Positions 21,901 to 35,158 of a stretch of DNA of 64,000 nucleotides are shown piece by piece. Each line of letters opens with the position of its first letter. The stretch's first letter is position 1. The DNA is from Marsupella aquatica (Eukaryota; Plantae; Marchantiophyta). The position numbers and the translations under genes were made by a program. The stretch covers positions 19,704,754 through 19,768,753 of the forward strand of contig OZ316896.1 of assembly GCA_973895155.1 (NCBI GenBank), given 5' to 3'. Under the pieces are notes generated by a model. It ran no database searches and was not told the origin of the DNA. It was given only the letters and a program-made list of their open reading frames with translations.

Positions 21901-24900
21901 GTGAGCTTTGCGTCTGTATCCAATATGCCCAGTGCAAAGAGAACCTCCAGTGCTCTAACCATTGCCTGTGGTGCAGGACTTGCAATCCAGTCAAAACGCA
22001 TTATGTTGTCTATGCCCAGTGCTTTCAACTGCCAAACCAGACAACAAAATCATAATGATCACATCATCAGCAAGTTAATCACCAGATAGCCGGTAAACCA
22101 ACACGCAACTACCAAAAGCACCGCTCAGATATGAAGGGAAATTAAATTAAGGAATGTCTTTCAGTAAAGCTCATCCAAATTGTTCCCCAAAACAGCGTCA
22201 AAACCAGAAAAAATTCTCGTACTAGATCACCTTTCTTATAACAAAAGAACCCAGACATGGGTTTGTAAGGTTGAAACAGCCAAGCTTTATAATTGGTGCC
22301 TCAAAATGCTCAAAGTCTCCAGAAGAAAGGGTCTACGTAATTTCAGAACAGTCATAAAATCTCAGAATAGGGAAAGGACTTACTTGTAGAATGGTAGACA
22401 CAAGATTGGACCTCTGGATTTCAGGTATGCTTTCAGCTTGCATTTTCCCCACGTAATAATCCTCGGTGTACAATCTGTAGAAAAGAATATTGCCGGCATG
22501 AATCATTCAAATTATGCGGAGTAATTTCAATCTGTTTAAGCTCTTGTAAATAGCACAAAGACCATATGCAGTTAGTGTCACACGCTTACTACTAACTTCT
22601 AATCGAGCTGCTACTCCTGTTGACGACGTGGGCTTACAGTGAAAAACCAAATCCAGTCACATATATGAGCTCACGAAAATGGCATTTGTCAGGGGGCACA
22701 GTATGTCAGCAACACAGAGCAGATGCAGATACATTTTAACTGTATCAGCAAGACCCCTCTGGCCCTGACATTAACCTCACCATGGTCACTTTATTGACTA
22801 CATACAATAAGCAGCTCGCGTACCAATCGCGATCGTCTTTAGAAAGGAACGACATGCAGAGGATGTCAATTTTACTCTAGGATCATTGTCATCACAAGTC
22901 AATGACTTGAGCTCAATGTCTGAGTATATACCTGTAGCATTTTCCGGGCCTTATTCTGCCTGCTCGCCCTGTCCTTTGATTGGCAGCGGCTTTAGATATT
23001 GGAACAGTTACAAGCATATCTACATCTGTTGCCTGCAAATTCAATTAAGTATTAACGCTTTTCTATGCAAGCACGAACAATATTCCATGTAAGCGATCGA
23101 CAAAATAGAGGAGATAAAATGTTGTGTCTTCAACCCAAGCTGCTGATTAAACAATTAGCACTCTTGCAAAGATAGAGCTTGATTGAAAGAGTATCAATGG
23201 GCCATTACAAAAAGCAGATAGAATTTATATGCATTGTGCCATACCGGATTGTAAAAGCGCTGCTTTGAGAAGCCACTATCAACAACATATACAATTCCCT
23301 GGAGAGTCCACCATTGCCTTCGTTATCTTCAAGACAAAACGACTACTATCTCTAAGACCTCTAAGAGTGCATATTCAGATAGCTGGATCTCGGATATAAC
23401 AGTCTCCTCAGACTCTTCCATTAAAATTGAGAAAAATACACCAGATCTTCCAAAAACGTTGGCCACGCAGCGCTTGCAAAGGACCAAAGGACAGGAGAAT
23501 GAATTTCCAAGTTTCTCCAATTCTCTAAAGCCTCTTAACTGGAATAGTGACTGAAGTCTCCGCTATGTTTGTGGCCACAACAACCTTCCGAGTTCCTTGC
23601 TCAGCCGGTTTGAATACAATTTCCTGAATAGTTCATACCAATTAGGAGAACTTTGAATCAGTGAAGGGAACGATCCATCCGTCATGACAATAATGGAAGT
23701 GAATAAACTAGAAAAAGAATGAAGAGCATAGGTTTTCAGTTTCACAGGCAACTGCTCGTACTTGATCCAACCGTGGCAATCCTGCATAGAGTGGTAGCAC
23801 TAGAAGTCCTGCAATTTCGTCCAGTAAAGAAAAGGGGTAAGCAACCACTGGTTTAAAGATGTCACATAGCTGCCAAGCGACCTCCAACAGAACAGACATG
23901 ACTGTTGACGGCTTTTGGGGTTACCTTGTGATTTTCTGGAAAAGTTGTAGGCCTCTTCTGTGAGGAGGTCAACAACAGCATCAACCTCATTTTGGCCTGG
24001 TAAGAAAACTAGAACATCGCCAGGTCCTTCCTGAAAGAGAACATTTAGATTTGGATTACAAAGTATCGGAGAATTTCTCTTTTAGCTAAAAACTTTTCCT
24101 TGGCAATTGACTTTGATTTCAGTGAAATCTGCATATGTGCAACTCCTGGGGACGACAGTTCCAATGTGCACTTACACGGGGATTCCACTACGTCGTAAGT
24201 GCAATTCTATCCACTTCGCACTCATCCACATATCCATAAGTGAAACAGAACAATTATTGTTTGACGGTGCGAATTTTTGAGGAAAGTGTATGGAGACAAC
24301 TGATGTCCAAAGTGCACAGTTCTCGATATTCTCTTCGTAGGACTTGTTTGTCTTGTGATACTATGTAGAGATGGTGCTAAAAGATCCTAAAAGGAAAAGG
24401 GTCCTAATGCAACACGGGACATGTGTAGTGGGCAACAATCCCCGAGCACTTATCAGCAAATGCAAAGTGTACTCTCTCTGAACTTCTGGACAAGAGTTAT
24501 TTTCACTTACAGAGGAATTGCAATTTTAAATTGTCTTAGAGTGAGGCCTGATTACACTTCTAAAAACTGCAATAAAACTGCAACTTCTAAAAGAAAGTTT
24601 GGGAAGAAGCTGATCCAATGCACTAAACCATTGCACTTGTATGAGGTGCAGTTATGCAGAGGTCACAAGAATGGTGCCGTTCATGTATACATGTGTACGC
24701 ATTTTCAGTTGTCTGACGTAGCCTTGAGGCCATAGTGCCCGCGCCCTGGATGGACGAAAGTAATACAAGGCCTATATATGTCAAAAAACGCAAAGCCAAA
24801 ACAAAAGCATGCGCACTCTGAGCATAAACCTAGCTCTGAAGACTAACCAGCTTGTGGATAGAAAGAGTTGTTGTCACTGAAGCCAGCACATAGTCTGAGG

Positions 24901-27900
24901 CAGGTTCCTTGGAATAGAAAACACGAACAGAAAATGCCCTTCCCTGCACAACCCAGGAAGACATTTAAATCAATTTTTTCTTGGAAAAGCATACACGAGA
25001 GATGACCTGAAAGCCAACATACTGAAATGACTCTGAAAAGGATGTTCTTGTCGTCAATGGAAGGGAGGGGGTCCATTTTACTACCTCAACGGAAATGATG
25101 CCCGGCTTCCGGTCTGGTGCTGGTTGGTTGCTCGCAAAAAAAGGCTCTGTAACCTTTTCCGCACTACAGATTGAAACCAGATTCACGTGCCCACAATAAC
25201 TAGTCAGCTTGAGTCAGAGCTTTAATTGTGGACATTTAAGTGCTAAATGCTTCACCGTGAAGATCAGTGTGAAAGCTATCAAAATTATGCAAGAGGGATC
25301 ACTTGTCGTTCATAGCCAGCCTCTTGGGGCAATGTATGATGGTTTGAATTTGAATGTGCGCGAGTTTCACGCAGAGAGTAACAAGCAGTAACCTTAGTCA
25401 ATGTAACGAAGTTTCTTGAACTTATGGTCAAACTTCATGCCATATTTGTAGAACTGCAGTGGACAGCTCACCTAGTGTCATAAAAGGATGCCACAGCTGT
25501 TGCATCCATGGTGGCAGAGGCAATGATAAGCCGCAGCTCCGGACGTCGACGTTGAACCTACACAATAATGAATTTATCAAGAACGGAGTGAGGTGGAATT
25601 GAGTTAAGCACGTGAAGCAACTATTCAACAGAGGTTTTCAACTGAGTGATTTCCTATGCTTGGCTTGAAGCTGGTGCGGGACACTTCACCCACAAAAAAC
25701 ATGACAAGACTCACTTTTGAGCCGACCTTCAAAGCACCAGGTGGACTAGAGGACCAGAGGTTCAAAGTTCTAACTTCCCAGGTTCCTTTGACCCAGCTTC
25801 TTATGTCATCATTAAGGATGAAATTTGGAGTGCACAGGCAGAAAAGGCTTACTTTTTTCAAAAGGCCCATAAGGATATCTGTTTGGAGACTCCGTTCATG
25901 TGCCTCGTCTACCATGATTACACTGTTGGCCAAAATATAGAGTTAACGTGGTAGAACTTCCTAGTCGCACAGATCCCAATGGTCTTCTATACAGCAGCAT
26001 GCAATAGCAGATAGCTCAGAGACAGACAGCCCTCGAATTCTAATTTGGTCACTAATGACTGCAACTGTCACGCAAAGAAAAGTTCGGAGCACCACGACCC
26101 ATGCAATTCATGTTCTCCATCTTGCCAACTTTATGTTCCATTTTACGTAAAAGCTATTCAATGAAGTAGTATTCCAGACCTGTATCGTGAAAGCAATGGA
26201 TCTGCCATCATCTCCCTGATCAGTACACCATCTGTCAGGAATTTAATCCTGGTCACTCCCTTCTCCGTGAGCACCAGAATAGGTTAGAAACGGACTCCAA
26301 GCTGGACAGTTGATAACATTGGCATATGCAAGATGACTCCAGAAGACAGCTTCATATCATTTAAAAGTCCGCCTTAGCAAAACTTCTCGTCGCATTTCTA
26401 TTTCATTCCCCAGATGTCTGGCCCCTGTGGTAAGCGGAAGGCAAAACTACTATTTCACAAAATACCCATCAGCAAGCCAAACAAAACTTGAAGGTCAAGT
26501 GAAGGCCTCGTTATGCATAGGTACATACAGGTGTGGTCACATCTTCGAATCGGATTGAATAGCCAACTTCAACACCCAGTTTCACCTGCCTTTCTTCTGC
26601 CACTCTGGCTGCAACTGTCTACAACCAAACATGAACGACTGTAGAAATATTATACGGCACTATAAAAAATTTAAAAATATTATAGGGCTTCCCGTCGAAA
26701 CCAGACAGACTGAACTAGCATGTGTCCTCTTAAGTTAGAGGCCACTTCTATAGAATTGGACTCGCACAAGAGACAGGCCAGCCTCGAGTACTCGCGGACA
26801 AGCATTGAATTCCTAATCGCAACTCACCAATTGATGATATTTGAAACCACAACGAGAGGGAAAACAGCAGAACGAGTCTATATGCCTTCCTGTTCGGAGG
26901 AATTTCTCCACGAATTTTTAAAATGATGTAAAACCGGAAACAACTAGACATCACATAACAAGACAATGTATACCTGAACAGCAATACGCCTGGGTTGTGT
27001 GCAGGCAATCATCCATCCATTTTCTGCCCATCCCGCTTCCATCAGATACTGAGATTACGACAGAACCATCCCACTTGCATTAATGACCGACCCGAGAAGA
27101 TAAGTGACAATAAGGTAACTCCTCCCTCAACTCCACTTTCTGCCTTCCGAGCTAAGATTTTGAAGTGAACCGTCAAAACGACCAAGAAGTATCATCACAA
27201 CAAGTCTCCCCAATGCAGGGACTACAAAATCAAATCTGAACACTTTTGAGAGAATGAGAAGGGATGCTCACACCTGCGGAATTTGGGTGGTCTTACCACA
27301 TCCCGTCTCCCCTATGAGTACAGTCACACCATGAGTTTCCACGAGATAGAGAATGGACCGGCGATGCTTGAAAATTGGAAGGTTTTCCCTCTGCTTTTCA
27401 TAACTCATATGCCCAGACCTGCAGCCCAAGCAGAACATGAGCCCATCCTCAGAGCAATTAATGAGAGCAACAACTGCATTACAGCAGAAGAGGACGAGAC
27501 AGTACAACTGATAAACAAGGCAAACTCCAGGACATTGTTCGTAAGACGAATGTCCTCTATATTTCAGTTGCTCGCGCATATTGACCCGTTCTAATCGCAA
27601 ATACTTAACACCAGCTCCTCACTCTCCCTGAGTTTGAACTTCGTTAGACAAATCAAGAGGATCTTTTTCCCAGGCTCGTTATCCACCTCGACAAGAAGGT
27701 CTTTGAGGAGACGTAGAACAGAGCAACAAGTGGAAACATTCTCCTCCATAGTCTTAAAAGCACTATCAGATTGCCATGACCCGAAATGAATGATCCACCA
27801 ATCCCCCGATCTCCCTTCGTTTTCTTGCTCCCAGGTTATCGAAATGTAGATGGACCAATTGATCCCAATTACAGAAAATCAACAGAGCTCCTTCGCTCCT

Positions 27901-28178
27901 CTTTCTCAAGAACAAAAGGGTGAGAAAGAAGAACATCGTCAAAATTAGGCCTAAGTACACGATGCAATTTTCATTCCGCACTGCTTTAAATCTTTCCTCA
28001 GACCAGTTGTGGCTGCAATTAAGGAAGAGAGTTTCAAAACAAGAACAGAAAGGCAGAGGGGGGAATAAATGCAACAAACTCACGTATGAAAAATTGCAAC
28101 GGAATCCTCATCGTCAAGGAATTCCGCGGGCGGTCTGGAGGCTGGCTTATCACCGCCGGGCCTCCAAAACCTCTTCAT
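18964..28178 (-). CDS. DHX35: DEAH-box RNA helicase DHX35/DEAH9-like (23 exons)
   Basis: Starts [12 protein letters not shown]. Motifs: [54 protein letters not shown], followed by HA2 and OB-fold exons ending [13 protein letters not shown]. All traced introns are GT-AG. Confidence 0.95.
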
Positions 28179-28514
28179 GGATGCTGCTCAATCGATATCA
28201 CTCCGTTACCCCTACGGTAAAATGCAATTTCGCACAAAGGTTCACGGGAGGCATCCACATTCCCTTCTGGTGCACCATCCAGCTACACACCCTTGCAACT
28301 TCTACACTTTGTGGGTTCTCCAGCTGAACTGAAGGGCAGGAATGCCACTGCCTTTTCAGCTCACAGGAATGTCACTGCCTTTTTAGCTCACACCAGTAAC
28401 GTTGAGACCAGACCACGTTGATTTCTTCGCATTTCCCCGAAAGAGCCTCGAGACAATTCGGTGGCTCTCGACCTGAATTGCACGGAGCCATACTTGTGTT
28501 CGAATCTTTGCCTT

Positions 28515-28522
28515 AAACCCTA
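28515..28522. promoter_or_regulatory. Telo-box (AAACCCTA) upstream of DHX35
   Basis: aaaccctaaacc lies about 340 bp upstream of the ATG. Telo-boxes are established cis-elements of plant RNA-processing and translation genes. Confidence 0.5.
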
Positions 28523-28680
28523 AACCTTGGGTTTCCAACTCTGTTATAAATTCCTTACCGTAGTCACATCCCAGTTAGTGCAGGGTGAATCATTATTTTT
28601 GATTCCAGGAAATAGGTCAAAATATTGAATTTGAATCCCTCATGGACCACAAGTTTGGAATTCAAAACTCAAATGTATCA

Positions 28681-29339
28681 CATTTCACAAAAATTTGAGT
28701 TTAATTCTAATAACTTGATATTATTAAATTCAAATATTTTATAGTTTGGTAAATATGCCAGAGGAGTAAGTAAGTTACACCATTACACTGTCACTCTCGT
28801 GGCCATTTGGTTGAGTTTTACATCACAGATTGACTAGGGGTAAATCTCATTAGATTAATTTTCATTGTATTAATATGAGATATTTGGGTTTGTGTTTGTT
28901 TATGTCTCCTCCTTCTCCTCAAAGTGCGAACCCAGTTAAAGATGGGGGGTGGAGATCAACCCAACATAGGGCGTTTTAGACCAGGGTAATGTGGGGCCAG
29001 TAGCATTGCACTAATGAGATTTGACTTTGAGTTACCTCCTGATGTTAGCATAACCCCATATGCAAAGTGGGGGTGCAGTTGACAATTAATTTAGTTTTGG
29101 GGAGTAGTTAGTAAATGTGATTAGTTTGGGGAAGAGGTTACTTATGAGCAGGTGGCAAATGCTTGAAGTCCACATCTCATTTGAGAATAAGTGTAACTCA
29201 ACCAAATGGCCAAAAAATCATTGTCACTTTGATGAGAAGTGTAGCCTACCTACTCCTCTAGCACATACTCAAAACTTAGAAAAAAAATCTAAAGTATTCA
29301 CATCAAGTTATTACAGTTAAACTCATATTTTGGGAACTG
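28681..29339. mobile_element. MITE-like element with ~140-bp imperfect terminal inverted repeats
   Basis: ~28690-28825 is the imperfect reverse complement of ~29190-29331 (e.g. tggccatttggttgagtt / aactcaaccaaatggcca; gagtttaattctaataacttgat / atcaagttattacagttaaactc). No coding capacity. No target-site duplication identified. Confidence 0.7.
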
Positions 29340-29341
29340 AC

Positions 29342-29556
29342 GTCCATGGGATTTTCCATGGGAGCATCATTTTCCTGGAATCTCTCATGTAAATCATATG
29401 AAAACACGTGTAAAACAAACGTGTAAATATACAGTCCATGGGGGTTTCCAAAGACCAACGTTGTGTCCATGGGAGCATCATTTTCCCTGGAATAATCACA
29501 TGTGAATCATATGAAAACCGGTGTAAAACAAACGTGGAAATGTGAAGTCCATGACA
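29342..29556. repeat. Direct duplication of about 90 bp (ccatgggagcatcattttcc...aatcatatgaaaac..gtgtaaaacaaacgtg)
   Basis: Two copies visible, at ~29355 and ~29466. Confidence 0.8.
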
Positions 29557-29863
29557 TGTAAACGTGTGGAAAATAGGTGTAAAATGGTGGAGTCCAATTG
29601 CTCGATCTCCTTTGGAAGGTGTGGTGTTGTTGTTGTTTCCACTGTGTGAAGACTGTGAAAGGGAGCTTCAGGAAGATGATGGTTTGTGGAGAGCTCCACG
29701 AGCACCTGTTTTTGGTAAAGCAATTCCTCCGAGCTGGGGCAGGAGCTTCGGATGGCGCAGGACGGCCTCTCTCATGAGTAAGCTCTGAGCTCCGAATCGG
29801 CAACGAGCTCAGAAATCAACTTCCTTTCTCCAAAGTTCAGCTCCTGTTTCCCCATTCAGCAAA

Positions 29864-32220
29864 ATGGCCATGGCATTGCAAACCTGTTGTGCTGCAATGG
29901 CTACCATTTCTTCTGCTCCACAAGTCTCCCGCATCGGAAGGACTAGCTCGCCGCTCTGCTGCTGTTCTTCTGCTTCTGCTTCTGCTTCATCTGCTTCCTC
30001 TTCTACTCATAGCGGCTATGCCAGGAGGAGGCTCTTGCGAAGGAGGAGACTGTCCCAGGGAAGCTGGGGGATGCAGCCGTGCGGAGGAATTGGAAATTTC
30101 AGGGATTCAGGCGGAGTGGGGAGGAATTGCTCGACAGAGGAGGAGGATGACAAGAGATCGGTCCGGTTTATGGCATTTGGAAGAGGGAGGGAAGGGGATG
30201 GGGATGGGGACCCGCTCTATGTAGTGGGCGATGATTCTAATGGGGATGGGCCCATAGAGCTCCCGCCCAGAGAAATTGAGATAGACCCCTTCGCTATACC
30301 TGAAGCAAGTCCCGCCCAAATCGTCGCCAGTGTCTTATTGACGGGTGCCATCGCTGTGCTCAGCTACCGAGCTCTTCGCAGGCGTGCAGCGCGCTCGAAG
30401 AACATGGTAATGCACACCCAATCCCAACCCATCGTGCATTGAATGAATCCGGGACCACGTGCTTGCTTGACACTCCATGCCAAGTCTAAGCTAGCTACCA
30501 CACCGAACAGTTTCGTCGGAGTGGTTCAAGTGTAATTCCCCAATGAAAGATTGGGAAAATTTGTGAGTGAATTAATCTTCGAATGAGTGGGCATGTTCAT
30601 GAGGGAATGAATGAATGGCAGAGTGGGAAATTTCACAAGTGAGTTACTGAATTAGTGAATTGCAGAGTGGGACATTACATGAGGGAATGATTGAATGACT
30701 AGCAGAGCGTGCCGTTTCAGAGGAAATGAAGAAATGAATGGAAGAGTATGAATTATGTTGAGTGAATGAATCAATCAATGAAAGGGTGCGGAATTTCGGA
30801 TTGAATGAATTACTTTATAAAGAACCAAAACGCCCATGCGTGCATGAATGAATGAACGAGTGAGAAAAAATCTCATGGATGAAGCAATGGGTAGGTTTTA
30901 AGGTAAAGCCTCGGATTCCTGCATCTTTCTTCGCTGTTTGATATTCCATACCCTTGCTTTACCGTTAGTGCAATTTTGAGCACGTCAAGTCTGCGCACGA
31001 TAGATTGACTATTTAATGGCAAGATGAGAGCTTTTGACTCGCATTAATTTTTCGCGTCAATAGTTCTTGTCACTCTTGAAGACTTAAAGACAGTGCGATG
31101 AGTGTGGGCTAAAAATCTGCTGATCTTGTCGTGTTTAATACTGTACCCAGCAATTCCGCTCTTCTGGCATTAATCCCAAGAGCATCAAGGAAGAAGCAAG
31201 AAAGACAGTTATAGACAATCTGACGAAAGCTCCTGAGGTCGCAACTCCTCCTCCATCTCCATTTCAAACCTTATTTGGGGCCATTGTAGCCGGAGTGATA
31301 GCTCTCGGGCTGTACAAGTTCACATCGTCAGTGGAGGCCGGCTTCAACGTTAAGGCTGTCTCGCAAGATTACTCGGTACAGTAAACTTCTGGCTCAATTA
31401 TTAATTCTGCATTAAGTTCTAAATCCTAGTCCATCTCCTTGCGGTACCCAAAAGAAAATCATAAACAAGAATACAAACGACCATAGCATGCGATTCACTG
31501 TGAATTCAAGTGAGTCTCCTGAATCCCAGTTCGCGTCTCCTGTAAGGGATTCACGAGGGCTTTGTCAGTGTAGAAAGAAGAACATTTATGTGGGGAACCT
31601 TGGGCTCCATATTTCTGTCTTTGCTTTGAGGGAAATTCACTATCTTTTGGCAACATGTTGCTAGTCTTTGTGGGAGAGACGTGGGGTCGTTTTCTGGTGA
31701 TGTTGTGTTCTTGAAGTTGTTTCTGACAGAAAACCACTGCTTGTTTTTCAGATTCGCAACTTGACGATAACCGTCAGGTGAGCTTTATTAGAACCATTGC
31801 GTTGTATGAGTTTCATGTGTACTTGTGCAATCTTCCCTGTCCAGACCGTAGGTAGCTCAGGGAGACTAATGGAGGTCAATGGGGAAGGAAAATGGACTAG
31901 ACAAAGGAAAGAACATAATGGGGGTGTATGTATAGCTGTCATTTCTTCGCAATAGGCCTTTCTGTCCTTTCTTGTGCTTGACTATCAATTCTGAAGTGCC
32001 TTTCGTCTTGCTGGATGTCTTGTACAGGACTATTATAACCGGGCTGTGCTATCTAGCAACTTTTGTGTTCGCAGCTAACTCGATCGGCTTAACATTGTAC
32101 GCATTTCAGCTCTTGCTGGGGATCGGTGTTCCAGATACTGCCAACCCCACTGACTCTTTTCAACAGGAAGAGTCCAAAACTGAAGAGAAATTAGAAACAG
32201 AGGATTTGAAGGAGAAATAG
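29864..32220 (+). CDS. DUF3082-family plastid-targeted transmembrane protein (4 exons)
   Basis: Exons 29864-30406, 31151-31375, 31752-31777 (26-nt micro-exon) and 32028-32220 join in frame. Ser/Arg-rich transit-peptide-like N-terminus. Motifs PSPFQTLFGAIVAGVIALGLYKFT and IRNLTITVRTIITGLCYLATFVFAANSIGL are typical of DUF3082. Confidence 0.88.
30540..30870. repeat. Degenerate (GAAT)n / gagtgggaaat-rich repeat in intron 1 of the DUF3082 gene
   Basis: Repeated gaatgaatg and gagtggg motifs with ~40-bp periodicity. Confidence 0.65.
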
Positions 32221-34952
32221 TTTTGTAGCTAGATAATTCTTTGACAGACATGAGAAGGAGGAGGGCTGATGATCTTCGCACATCGTGAAGGTTGCCTTCC
32301 CAACGTTTTAATGTAGATCAGCTACTTTCTGGCATGGTCTAAGGAACTAGTGCAAGTCTTCATATCATTGTATACAAGTTAGTAAGTGTCGACTAGGAAT
32401 TAAAGACTTCACAAGTGAGAAGAGGGGATGAGTCTATGTGGAAATTGCGTTCCAGTTTGCTCCACAGTTCAATCCATGGATGAATTCGAGCAATATCGTT
32501 GCCCAGAGAAGCTCTTGTGAAGGACGTACATTCCTCTGCCCTGTGCATTGTCATAGTACTTGGTTTTTCTTGACATGCCACCCTTTGGATTTCAACTCCT
32601 AAACTCACGAAAAAGATTGTCCTGGAGGGTGGTATTTGTGATACTCGGCTCCCAACTTCTTTCTAATTGATTTAGTCTCTTCTTTCCTGTAATGTAGCCC
32701 ACACGGGGAAGCCAGAGAAGAGGCCTTGATTTAGGCCTTGATTTAGGCCTTGATCGAAATGGTATTGGAAATTTTGGATACATGACAAATCAAATGGGGT
32801 TCAAACACATTTGTCCAAAGGGGTCTGATGGGAAATTTTTTTAATGTTTTGTTGTACAGATATAGTTGCAAAGAAGAAATACTTGTAGAAACTAAGGTGG
32901 TAGCCAGCACATTCAAAACACAGTAGGAACCCATTTCTCCAACTATTCGCGATAAGAAAACAAATCCAAGTCTGGAAACAATCAGAAATCTGGTATCTAT
33001 TTTGAAAGAGAAACTCAAATAATCATGCAACATATTTGGCTTGGGCTGTGTTGGCTGGATGCAAGCTGGTCTAGGCATATGGGAACACAATGTACATTAA
33101 AAAATTTAGCACTCTTGGGTTGGGTAAGGTTGGGCTAGGAACCCAACAAGTGCCGCTATTATCAAATTGATGTCCACCGTCTCAGAAACAAAAGCTAATA
33201 AAGACGGAAAGAGTTGAGGAGAGGAATATTTATCTTCAAGCTTAGTGCTATATCCATTCCTCTAAATTGATTTACACCATCTCAGAAAAAAAAACCTAAC
33301 AAGGAATATTTATTTTGATGCCTTTGCTATATACAATTTCCTCCTCGTATCTCAAGGCACCCAATCTTGACTTTGTTTTTATTAGAGGGAACCCTCAAGC
33401 CCTGCAACTTGCTGACCCTCAGATATTCTACTTTTTTAATTTTGAATATAGTTTCTATCAACTACCAAGCCATGTGGAGCATACACCAACACAATTTGAA
33501 TTGGAGACTAACTGGAACAGAATCATCTGGTGCATTAACCAATGGGATAAGGGACAGGACCTAATCTTGGCCCCAGCCCTAAGAGTGGAAGAAAATAGAA
33601 CAAACTGGATCCGTGACTTTTGGGCACGTCTGTAAAACCCCCCTTAAACCCCCGAGTCATCACTCCTCTTGATCAGGTTGAAATCCTTCTCCCAGATTGT
33701 ACTAATTAAGTCTAGAGTTAAATGCTCTATGCTAAATCAAACGAAGCCCATGCCTACTTTCTGCTCCAGTCTACTTTAGACATACTCAAACTGTGCCTTA
33801 GCACCTGTGTTCAGACCCCAATTCTTTGTGGACAATAATGTTTTTAAGAAAGTTTAAAAGTGCAATATTATGTCTTTGTCAATCCTGGCGGACAGTGTCA
33901 GTTTAAACATTTTTCCCATGCAGGTCCAAATGCAAGTCCAACAACTTAGTGGACTGCAAAACAACACACTACTGACTGCAACTACAACGGGGACTGCAAG
34001 TGTGGATGCTCTTAAGGCCTTCAGGCACTGTCCCACACTAACTGGAATACCAGTCTATATGCCCAGCAAGGGCTCCCCATGCACGTCCCTACTCACGAGC
34101 ATAGTCTAACTTTGTTTTTCAAAATGTTACCAGAGAAATTAGGGATTTGGTTTCACTCTTCAGAGCCGTATCCAGAGACTCCTCTCCGTGTCAATCTCTA
34201 CTCACAAGCATAGTCTAAATATGCAAATTTTCCATTATGAGAGGAATTATGGCCTATGGTTTCACTATCCAGAGTATGTCATGAAGGGTAGATTTTAATC
34301 ATGAATCTATTCTTTTCTACTCTGTCAACCACTGTAACCAGCAAAATTGGTCCATTTACAATCTAACTTTTGGAGGGAATCCTTGGCAGATTTATACCAC
34401 AACATCATTTTCTCTGCAAACAGTTTTTACTCAACATCTTTGTGCAGCAACGTGTTTTCCGCAAATGACATCTTGTATGCAACAACATCTTGTTAGCCAA
34501 AAAAAATTAATTCATGGAGTCTTTTGTGCAAGGCATGAGTTAGTACACTACAATATCCAATTTTGCCCATAGTGGTGGATAGTCTATTTATGAATTGTCA
34601 TTGGGGCATGAAGAAATTCTGGTAGTTTCCTGGAAAAATATTTTTTCATGAGTGCTTGATCGGCCAAAAACACCTCCCCCTCCCCCCACACCTCACAGGC
34701 CACACCCTCCCTGCCTCAGCATTGCTAAGACATTGGGCTCGTCCAAACACAGGTATAGATGGTGAGCTGCCTCATTTAAGATATTTATTTGGGTTATTTT
34801 CCTCGCACTAAAAGTATGCGTTCGAGGCAAGAAAAGATTATGTGCACTACTGCACTCCTCTGAAGAGACAGTGTACTACTATATTAACGATTGCAGTGTG
34901 AGGAAATCCCATCAATTGAAGTCCCCGTTGATGAGCACTGGAGAGGACAGAC

Positions 34953-34980
34953 AGGGTTTAGGGTTTAGAGAAGGGTTTAG
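34953..34980. promoter_or_regulatory. Telo-box / interstitial TTTAGGG repeats in the RPC6 promoter or 5'UTR
   Basis: agggtttagggtttagagaagggtttag lies about 180 bp upstream of the ATG. Confidence 0.55.
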
Positions 34981-35158
34981 AGAGCTGTCACGGAGTCGTT
35001 TGATTTAGGACCCACAACCAAATCTCTATGGGAATGGGTCGAAACCTTAGAGCAGGAAGAATTCGACGGGTACAGTTGCCGATGACGAAGTCATGAGAAT
35101 CCGATCTATCTGCATGCTCAAAGCGCAATAATTGGGTGCCTTCAACGCTGCAGCAGAG

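Noticed and set aside
24715-24750. Apparent DHX35 exon (ccag|ggcgcgggcac, GRG-like)
   Set aside because: It is out of frame. The true exon [14 protein letters not shown] lies at ~24943-24848.
33315-33635. 106-aa ORF or possible LINE 3' remnant
   Set aside because: Only a vague Trp-rich resemblance, with no RT or endonuclease motifs.
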